Under the pieces are notes generated by a model. That model was not told the origin of the DNA and did no database searches. It saw only the letters and a list, made by a program, of their open reading frames with translations. A DNA stretch of 50,394 nt from an uncultured Steroidobacter sp. Its GTDB lineage: Bacteria > Pseudomonadota > Gammaproteobacteria > Steroidobacterales > Steroidobacteraceae. Each line of letters opens with the position of its first letter. Position 1 is the first letter of the stretch. The stretch is from assembly GCA_964492345.1 (NCBI GenBank), contig CAZBKC010000001.1:1-50394 (forward strand), written 5' to 3'. Below, piece by piece: positions 39,876 through 47,591 of this stretch. The translations under genes were made by a program, and so were the position numbers.

Positions 39876-41449
39876 GCATGAGCGCTGCTTCCATCGTTGC
39901 GCTGCGCGAGCGCGACTTCGGGTCTCACCATGAACTCATTCGTGCGCACGCCGCGCTGCGCCCAACGAAGCTCGCCATGATTCAGGATGAGCGACGGATC
40001 GACTATCGACAGCTCGATCAGCTGATGGACCGGATCGCCGCAGCGCTGCAACGCGATGGCATCGTGCGCGGGGAGTCCGTTGCGATCTGCGCAAGTACTT
40101 CGATCGAGTATGGCGCGGTATTCCTGGCCACGATGCGTGCGGGGGCGGGTGTGGCGCCTCTTGCGCCTTCATCGACCCCGCAGAGCCTCATGACGATGCT
40201 GGCCGACTGCGGTGCGAAGATTCTTTTTCTGGACGCCGCCGTGGCGAGCGCGCTGGCGCCGCTGCGTCAGCCGGACGGTCCGACCTGGGTGATGCTGGAC
40301 GACTCCCGGGAGGGGGTGGCGTTTTCGAGCTGGCTCGCGCCGATCGGTGCGAGCCCTGTGCCGGTGAGCCTGGATCCGCATGCGCCATTCAACATCATCT
40401 ATTCCTCCGGGACGACCGGCGTGCCGAAAGGAATCGTGCAATCGCATCAGATGCGCTGGATCCAGTTGATGCGCGATCCCGGACATGATTACGAAGCCGA
40501 CTCGCACAACGTCACCCTCATTTCGACGCCGCTGTACTCGAACACGACACTGGTGAGTTTTCTGCCGACGCTGGTCAACGGCGGCACGCTCGTATTGATG
40601 CCCAAGTTCGAGGCAGTGAAGTTTCTGGAGCTTGCGCAGAAGCATCGAGTCACGCACGCGATGCTGGTGCCGGTCCAGTACCGGCGCCTCATGTCGGAGC
40701 CCACCTTCGATGAGTTCGACCTGTCGAGCTTCGTGATGAAGTTCAGCACCAGTGCGCCGTTTCCGGCAGAGATCAAGGCGGATGTGCTCAAGCGCTGGCC
40801 CGGAGGGCTCACGGAATACTATGGCATGACGGAGGGCGGGGCCTCGTGCCACCTGCTGGCGCATGAACACCCCGACAAGCTGCATACCGTGGGCTGTCCT
40901 ATGCCGGGCCATGAGATGCGGGTGATCGACGAGGAAGGTCATGAGCTGCCCGCCGGGCAAGTTGGCGAGATCGTCGGTCGTTCCCCGGTGATGATGAACG
41001 GCTATTTCAACCAGCCGCTGAAAACCCGCGAAGCGGAGTGGTACGACAAGGATGGCAATCGCTTCATTCGTACCGGCGATGTGGGCCGCTTCGACGCGGA
41101 TGGATTCCTGACGCTGATGGATCGTCGTAAGGACATGATCATTTCCGGCGGTTTCAACGTGTATCCCAGCGATCTCGAAGCCGTGCTCGCCCAGCACGAG
41201 TCGGTGCTCGAGGCCGCGGTGGTCGGTATTCCTTCCGATCGGTGGGGGGAGACGCCCGTCGCATTCGTGGTGGCTCGCGCCGGACACGTAATCGACGCAG
41301 ACCGACTGAGAGTCTGGGCAAACGAGCGCCTGGGCAAGATGCAATCCATCAGCGCGATCGAGATCGTAGCCAGCTTGCCGCGCAGTGCGATCGGCAAGGT
41401 GCTCAAGCGTGAGTTGCGAGATCGGTATCACGCGGGCGCGGCCGCCTGA
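39872..41449 (+). CDS. Acyl-CoA synthetase (ANL family)
   Basis: YSSGTTGVPKG, YGMTE, RTGDVG, DRRKDMIISGGFNVYP, GKVLK; ATGA overlap with the MFS stop. Confidence 0.94.
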   Translation: MSMSAASIVALRERDFGSHHELIRAHAALRPTKLAMIQDERRIDYRQLDQLMDRIAAALQRDGIVRGESVAICASTSIEYGAVFLATMRAGAGVAPLAPSSTPQSLMTMLADCGAKILFLDAAVASALAPLRQPDGPTWVMLDDSREGVAFSSWLAPIGASPVPVSLDPHAPFNIIYSSGTTGVPKGIVQSHQMRWIQLMRDPGHDYEADSHNVTLISTPLYSNTTLVSFLPTLVNGGTLVLMPKFEAVKFLELAQKHRVTHAMLVPVQYRRLMSEPTFDEFDLSSFVMKFSTSAPFPAEIKADVLKRWPGGLTEYYGMTEGGASCHLLAHEHPDKLHTVGCPMPGHEMRVIDEEGHELPAGQVGEIVGRSPVMMNGYFNQPLKTREAEWYDKDGNRFIRTGDVGRFDADGFLTLMDRRKDMIISGGFNVYPSDLEAVLAQHESVLEAAVVGIPSDRWGETPVAFVVARAGHVIDADRLRVWANERLGKMQSISAIEIVASLPRSAIGKVLKRELRDRYHAGAAA

Positions 41450-41484
41450 GCCCGCGCCGCCGGCGCATTCGACCAGCGCTATCC

Positions 41485-42771
41485 TCAGACTGAAAGAAAG
41501 CCTCTGCCCTCTGCGGCCAGTGTGGCGAGCAGCGGCGCCGGTTCGAACGCCGCGCCTTTGTCTTTCGCGAACTCCCGCAGTCTTGCGGCGATGTTGGCGA
41601 GACCGATGGAGTCGGCGTAGTACATGGGGCCGCCGCGCTGCTTGGGCCAGCCGTATCCATACAGCCATACGACGTCGATGTCGGACGCGCGAATCGCCTT
41701 GCGTTCCTGCAGTACTCGCGCCCCCTCGTTGATGAGCGGGTACAGACAACGCTCGAGGATTTCCGTCGAGGAGATTGGACGTCGAGCGATGCCCTGGCGC
41801 GCGGAGAACTCCTGTACGGCGCGTTCCGTGATGGGCGAGGGGATCGGTTTACGGTTCTCGTCGTAATCGTAGAACCCGGCCCGCGTCTTCTGGCCAAGCC
41901 GGTTCTGTTCACACAGGACATCCCGCAACGTCTCCCCGCGCGACGTCTCGCGCGACCATCCGATATCCAGTCCGGCGAGATCGGCCATCTGAAACGGACC
42001 CATCGGAAAACCGAACTCGCACAGCGTGCGATCGACATCCCATGGCATGGCGCCTTCGAACAGCAATTGCTCTGCCTGGACCTGGCGCGGATAGAGCATT
42101 CGGTTGCCCACAAAGCCGGGGCACACGCCCACCAGTACCGCGGTCTTGCCGATGCGCCGCACGATGTCCATCGACGTGGCGATGACCGAGTCGCTGGTTT
42201 TCGCGCCTCGCACGATTTCCACCAGTCGCATGACATTCGCCGGGGAGAAGAAATGCAGGCCGATGACCGATTCGGGCCGACGCGTCACGGCGGCGATCGC
42301 ATCGATGTCCAGGCCGGAGGTATTGGTCGCGAGAATGGCACCCTCGCGGGCGATGGTATCCAGCTGCGTGAAGATCTGACGCTTCACGGCCATGTCTTCG
42401 TAGACGGCCTCGATGATCAGGTCGCGATCCGCAAGGTCCTCGAGGGTCAGAGAGCCGGTGATCAGCGCCATCCGCCGAGCCACATCGTCCTGTGTCAGTT
42501 TGCCCTTGCGCAGGCTGTTGTCATAGTTTCGCCGGATTGTCGCCAGTCCTCGATCGAGGGCCGCCTGCTGTGTCTCGACAATGGTGACGGGTATGCCTGC
42601 GTTGGCGAAGTTCATCGCGATGCCGCCGCCCATCGTGCCTGCGCCGATGACGCCGACCTGCCGGATCGTCATGCAGGCCGTCCCGGGCGGCAGGTCCGGC
42701 ACGGTCCAGGCTTCGGCTTCAGCATGAGCAATGTATTCGGCCACGGGGGCGGGGCGGGGCGAGGAGTTCAT
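41485..42771 (-). CDS. 3-hydroxyacyl-CoA dehydrogenase (no hydratase domain)
   Basis: [48 protein letters not shown]. Confidence 0.92.
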   Translation of the reverse strand: MNSSPRPAPVAEYIAHAEAEAWTVPDLPPGTACMTIRQVGVIGAGTMGGGIAMNFANAGIPVTIVETQQAALDRGLATIRRNYDNSLRKGKLTQDDVARRMALITGSLTLEDLADRDLIIEAVYEDMAVKRQIFTQLDTIAREGAILATNTSGLDIDAIAAVTRRPESVIGLHFFSPANVMRLVEIVRGAKTSDSVIATSMDIVRRIGKTAVLVGVCPGFVGNRMLYPRQVQAEQLLFEGAMPWDVDRTLCEFGFPMGPFQMADLAGLDIGWSRETSRGETLRDVLCEQNRLGQKTRAGFYDYDENRKPIPSPITERAVQEFSARQGIARRPISSTEILERCLYPLINEGARVLQERKAIRASDIDVVWLYGYGWPKQRGGPMYYADSIGLANIAARLREFAKDKGAAFEPAPLLATLAAEGRGFLSV

Positions 42772-42885
42772 GGGCAGGATCCAGGTGAAATTGTCAGATC
42801 GGCTCGATGACAAACCGAGAATGAAAAAAATGAATCTATACGTCTTTCAGCAGCAATAATAACCGAATGAATACCGATTCGGCAC

Positions 42886-42901
42886 CATACCATCTAGTCA
42901 A
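42886..42901. promoter_or_regulatory. Motif B site (CATACC-ATCT-AGTCAA)
   Basis: AT-rich region upstream of the dehydrogenase gene, placed like the site at 566. Confidence 0.5.
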
Positions 42902-43057
42902 TTTATGACCAACGGCGAGACGTTGCGGATAATAGGGGGGCGGATCGCGATACGCTGCGGACGTGAAGAGCAGGACGAGAGAGCGCTGGGTACGCTCGTG
43001 CCTGTCGGAGCATCACTGGCATCGATTGTGCCGGGCGATGAGCGCCTCGAGCCCGGG

Positions 43058-44284
43058 CTACTTTGTCAGCAAGCCTTCAAAAAGCGGCCTTGCATAGATG
43101 TGAGCGCCGGTTTCAGCAGTCACCCCGGGAGCCCACAAGTGCAGCTCGGCCGAGGCGTTGATCATGGCCGTGATCATTTGCGCTGCGATGGTGGTATCCA
43201 CGGGACGCAGCGACCCGTCGGCGATGCCGTCGCTGCAAACCAGCGAAAACCGGCCTGAAATCCGATCGAACTCGGCAATCAGTTGCTTGTGGATATTCTC
43301 AGGGACGGAGGTCAGTGCCGAGGTTCGAAGCAGCGGTGCACTTCCGGCGAGCTGGTACTGCAGAAGAGCGGCGCACGCTGCGGCAAGGTTCTCATAGCCG
43401 GTTCGGGTAGCGGCCGACGCTTCGCGCTGGACGTGACGCATGATTTCCAGTGTTCGTGCAAAGCACGCCTCGACCAGGTCATCCTTTGCGTCGATGTGGT
43501 GGTAGAAGGCACCCTTCGTCACATTGAGGTGTTCCGAAATCTTTTGCACAGAGGCGCCGAGATAGCCCTGCTCGTTGATCAGGATGGTTGCAGCCCGCAG
43601 GAATGTCTCCCGGCCCTCGGTGGCACGGTCCTGAGGCGGTGATTCAAGGTGAGGAAGCGCTTGCGGACTCCAGTTGCCCCGGACGCGGGCCAGGCCATTC
43701 TCCAGGATGTCGAGCGCGTGATCGGCCAGGCGTTCGTAGTCGCCGGTGTCGTAGCGCTGCACCCATACGACGGACCAGAACAGCTGCGACAGCAGCAGGT
43801 GAACGCGCGCATTGCGGTCGACGCGCTCGAGCTTGCTGAACTCGCGTGATTTGGTCAGCAGGCTGCGGGTCTTGCGAAACATGGCCTCGTAGGCCTTGCC
43901 GACACCGGGGTCATGCACGGCGCGCACGTCGTTGAAAACGGCCATCTGCTCGGCCTCGCCCACGGCGATGCGGCGGCGATGCTCGAAAAAGCTGCGCACG
44001 AAAATATCGAGCGCCTCGCGAGCGGTCTTGGCGCGGTCGGCATCGGCGGCGAGCGCGTCATACACCTCGATCGAGCGGTGAAAGCAGGAAGCCGCCAACT
44101 CTTCCTTGCTGCGGAAGTAGTACATGACGGCGGTGGGTACCAGATCGAGCTTGGCGGCGACATCCGCCAGCGTCATGCCCTTGACGCCCTTGTGATTCAG
44201 AACGTCAACGGCGGCGTGCAGGATCGTGTCCTTGCGCTTCTGGAATTTCTTGGTAGGCGCGGAGCGCGCGGATACTTTGGCCAT
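43058..44284 (-). CDS. Tandem double-TetR transcriptional regulator
   Basis: Two HTHs: ILHAAVDVLNHKGVKGMTLADVA...MYYFRSKEEL and FLRAATILINEQGYLGASVQKIS...KGAFYHHIDAKDDL. Confidence 0.9.
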   Translation of the reverse strand: MAKVSARSAPTKKFQKRKDTILHAAVDVLNHKGVKGMTLADVAAKLDLVPTAVMYYFRSKEELAASCFHRSIEVYDALAADADRAKTAREALDIFVRSFFEHRRRIAVGEAEQMAVFNDVRAVHDPGVGKAYEAMFRKTRSLLTKSREFSKLERVDRNARVHLLLSQLFWSVVWVQRYDTGDYERLADHALDILENGLARVRGNWSPQALPHLESPPQDRATEGRETFLRAATILINEQGYLGASVQKISEHLNVTKGAFYHHIDAKDDLVEACFARTLEIMRHVQREASAATRTGYENLAAACAALLQYQLAGSAPLLRTSALTSVPENIHKQLIAEFDRISGRFSLVCSDGIADGSLRPVDTTIAAQMITAMINASAELHLWAPGVTAETGAHIYARPLFEGLLTK

Positions 44285-44597
44285 TTGTGGTTATTTCATC
44301 CCTAACCCGGACATACCGTAGCCACAAAACCCGTGCAAGGCGAGCAATTTTTGCATACGCGTGCGATTGCGGACCCGTGCAGCCAGCGCTGCAGCGGGCA
44401 CAGCGGCCGAAGCGGAGGCAGGCGTTCTGGGGTCGCGCTGCCTGCAAACCCTCCAGTGTGGTTCTTTGATTCCGCCGAGGGGGTGTCGGTGTCCGATTGG
44501 GGGGGGCATTTCGCCCTATCGATCGCCAGCCGTGGTAGCAACCCCTCCGACCCATCCGCGCGCAGGCGCAGACAGGTCGGAGCGGGGTGCCAAGGCC

Positions 44598-47150
44598 TCA
44601 GAAGCGATAGCGAGTCTGTAGTGTGAACATGCGCGGCGGGGCGGGGTAGCCGATCCGCGTGCCGATCTGCGACGGTGCTTCGAACTCGAACCAGTAGTGG
44701 TCCTCGTCGGTAGCGTTCTGAACGAGCAGGCCGACGCTCCAGCTGTCACCGCCTGTCGGTCGCAGCGTGGCACCGACGTCCACAAGCGTGCGCGCCTCCT
44801 GCACGATCGTCGGGTCGAGCGGAAATTCTCCCTCGTCTGTGTAATTCACGTCGGCACGCATCATCAGTTCGAGCGAACTCGTCAGATCGGCGGTGTAGCT
44901 GATGCCGAACGCGCCCTGGAATCTGGGCGCGAACCGGTCGCCGGTATTGTCCTGCAGATAGGAGGCCGGCGTACCCGCTGCGGGATTCGCGGGCGTGAAT
45001 ACGCAGCCGGGCAACGGGTTGGGGAAATATCGCTGCGGAATGCTGCAGGCGTTGCCGCTGTTCTCAAGATACCGCGCGTCCAGGAAGATCGCGCCGAGCC
45101 TCAGGTTCAGTTTCTCGGTTGCCTGCCAGACTGCGTCGAGTTCGAGGCCCTGCGAGCGCGCCTTGCCGGCGTTGCCGACATCGAAGGCGTCGCCCACCCA
45201 GGTGGAGGTCTGCAGATCCTCGAAGTCCTGCCGGAACAGCGCGAAGTTCAACGTGGAAACGCCGCCGAACAGGCGCATCTTGCCGCCGAATTCGTAGCCC
45301 GTGACGGTCTCATCACGGAACGTGCGATCGGAAGCGTCCTGGCCGACCGTCGCCGAGTTGAAGCCGCCGCCCTTGTGGCCCTGCGCTCCCTTGATGTACA
45401 GCATCGTGTCGGCGTTGACATCCCAGGACAACGTCAGTTCGGGCGACCAGTCTTCCTCGGAAATGGTCTGCTTGGTGCCGACGCGCGTGGTGTTCAGGAT
45501 GCCGTTGATGTTGGGGCCAAGCACGCCACGGACGCGGTTGATCAGCGCCACGTCATCCGGATCACCCACCAGATTGCCGTCGCTGTCCAGCGAGACATCC
45601 AGGAATCGGTCCGTGCCGAACTCGGACAGGCCGTACTGGTCGGTCGCAGTCTTGTCTTCGCGATTCCAGCGCAGCCCGGCGGTGAGGTGCCAGTTGGGCG
45701 TGATATCGAATGTGCCGGAGAAGTAGGCAGCAACGCTCTCCGTTTCCTGATCCAGATAGCGCAACTGCGCATAACGCCAATCGCTCGCCGGACCGCCGAA
45801 GGGCATGGGATCGAAGGGGATCGCACCGAAAGGCAGCAGGAATACGTTGATGTCGATGTCGGTGCGCCGATCCACGTAGAACTCATTCTTGAAGCCATGA
45901 ATGCCGGCAAGGTATTTGAACCGGTCACCGATGGTCGACAGCAACTGGAATTCCTGGCTGAACTGATCGAACTCCTGGCTGATCGGTTCATAGAGAAAGT
46001 TGGTCGGCGTCCAATCGACGTCGCGGCCATCCTCCGATTCATAGCCCGAATACCCGGTGATGGAGACGAGCTTGGTATCCGGCGTGAACGCGTATTCCAT
46101 GCGAATGGCGACATTGTTGGCCTCGACGTCGGCGGTCTCGCGTTGCTTGGAAGTCTCGTCAAACGACCCATGCGGAAAATCGGGATCGTAGGCGAGGTAG
46201 CTGCTCAGTCGCGCTTCCGGACCGACATCGCTGGCGGTCGCCGCGCAGGGCCAGGGCGAAGCTATGCCGAAGCAGGTCGGTCTGCCGACCTGCAGGCCGC
46301 TGACCGACGAGACATTGAAGTTGCGTCCGACGCGCGTGTACTCGGAACGCTCGAGCTTCGTTCGCATGCTGAAAGCGTCGGTCGGAGTCCACAGGAAGGT
46401 CGCCCGCGCTGCCCAATCCTCGCCCTGTTCCTCACTTTCATCGGTGAAGGTATTTTCGAGATAGCCTTCTTCCTTCGAGTAGCGCAGCGCCAATCGTCCC
46501 GCGAGGCTATCGGTGATCCCGCCGTTCAGGACGGCCGTGTACACCTGGCGATCGATCTCCGACGTGAAATCCGCGCCGACGTCCGCCGAGAAGTCATGCG
46601 TCGGCTGGCCGGTCGCGATGATGACCGCGCCTGCAGTGGTGTTCTTGCCGAACAGCGTTGCCTGCGGACCCTTGAGCACTTCGACGGAACCGATATCGAG
46701 AAAGGTGGTGCGGAACTGCCGCTCGCGTCCGGCGTAGATACCGTCGATGAACAGCCCCACGGACTGGTCGAAACCGAAGTTGAGACCGGTGGCGAACCCT
46801 CGAATGCTGATGGACGTCTGCTCACCGCCCTCGCGGACGCTGAAACCGGGAACGTACTTGGAAAGATCGTCCAGGTTCTGCAGCGACAGCTCCCGGATAT
46901 CTTCTCCCGTCACGACCGAGACCGACACCGGCACATCCTGCAGACTTTCTTCGCGGCGTTGTGCCGTAACGATCACCTCCTCGAGCGTTCTGCCCGATCT
47001 TTCCGTCTTTGCAGCCTCTGTGTCAGACGCGGCGCCCCATGTTGACAACGGAAACGCCAAGGATGCCGCAGCGGCCGCGAGTGAAATTGACAATGCAATA
47101 GGGCGGCGTCGGAGGGCCGACGACAGCCGCAAGGCAGGATGGTTGCGCAT
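44598..47150 (-). CDS. TonB-dependent receptor
   Basis: LEEVIVTAQRREESLQDVPVSV, VEVLKGPQATLFGKNTTAGA, GHKGGGFN; terminal YRF. Confidence 0.95.
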   Translation of the reverse strand: MRNHPALRLSSALRRRPIALSISLAAAAASLAFPLSTWGAASDTEAAKTERSGRTLEEVIVTAQRREESLQDVPVSVSVVTGEDIRELSLQNLDDLSKYVPGFSVREGGEQTSISIRGFATGLNFGFDQSVGLFIDGIYAGRERQFRTTFLDIGSVEVLKGPQATLFGKNTTAGAVIIATGQPTHDFSADVGADFTSEIDRQVYTAVLNGGITDSLAGRLALRYSKEEGYLENTFTDESEEQGEDWAARATFLWTPTDAFSMRTKLERSEYTRVGRNFNVSSVSGLQVGRPTCFGIASPWPCAATASDVGPEARLSSYLAYDPDFPHGSFDETSKQRETADVEANNVAIRMEYAFTPDTKLVSITGYSGYESEDGRDVDWTPTNFLYEPISQEFDQFSQEFQLLSTIGDRFKYLAGIHGFKNEFYVDRRTDIDINVFLLPFGAIPFDPMPFGGPASDWRYAQLRYLDQETESVAAYFSGTFDITPNWHLTAGLRWNREDKTATDQYGLSEFGTDRFLDVSLDSDGNLVGDPDDVALINRVRGVLGPNINGILNTTRVGTKQTISEEDWSPELTLSWDVNADTMLYIKGAQGHKGGGFNSATVGQDASDRTFRDETVTGYEFGGKMRLFGGVSTLNFALFRQDFEDLQTSTWVGDAFDVGNAGKARSQGLELDAVWQATEKLNLRLGAIFLDARYLENSGNACSIPQRYFPNPLPGCVFTPANPAAGTPASYLQDNTGDRFAPRFQGAFGISYTADLTSSLELMMRADVNYTDEGEFPLDPTIVQEARTLVDVGATLRPTGGDSWSVGLLVQNATDEDHYWFEFEAPSQIGTRIGYPAPPRMFTLQTRYRF

Positions 47151-47197
47151 ACATTCCCCTGAGTGGATCCAGTCGTTGTTTGAGTCGAACTGTACAT

Positions 47198-47231
47198 TCA
47201 ATCGGTCGATTCAAACATACCACTTATTCAG
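47198..47231. promoter_or_regulatory. Adjacent motif A (TCAATC-GGTC-GATTCA) and motif B (CATACC-ACTT-ATTCAG) sites
   Basis: At 47198-47213 and 47216-47231, about 50-80 bp upstream of the TonB receptor start. Confidence 0.6.
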
Positions 47232-47454
47232 TTGAATAATCCACAATCGGGAAATAGGTAGAAAAACGCTTGTGGTGTGTCTGGAGGTGGGGAAACCGCA
47301 CCTTCAATAAACAACTATTTGGTCAGAAGATCGAGCATGCTCAAAAGTCTTGAAAATCAATGAAGAAAGACAGTCTCTGCAGCTGCGGGCGCCAGCCCGC
47401 GCCCGGCCGGGTGGGTTGCAATCTCGCCCGTCGCCACATCGGTCTACTATAAGT

Positions 47455-47546
47455 TTCACCAATGGGTATGAGATATATATGGAATTATTTGAGATTATCT
47501 ATTTATTTTGATTAAGTGGTATGTTCTGAATTCAGGCAACATACCA
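47455..47546. promoter_or_regulatory. Motif B sites and inverted repeat upstream of the PQQ-hydrolase fusion
   Basis: TTCACC-AATG-GGTATG (47455-47470), TTGATT-AAGT-GGTATG (47508-47523) and inverted repeat TGGTATGTT...AACATACCA (47517-47546), in a very AT-rich tract. Confidence 0.55.
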
Positions 47547-47591
47547 ACAAGCGGGTCCGGATCGGCCCGCGATATCGGAGGGGGCGTGTCC

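Noticed and set aside
44330..44590. G-rich intergenic stretch or small ORFs between the TonB receptor and the double-TetR
   Set aside because: No convincing hairpin, riboswitch motif or coding signal could be established by eye.
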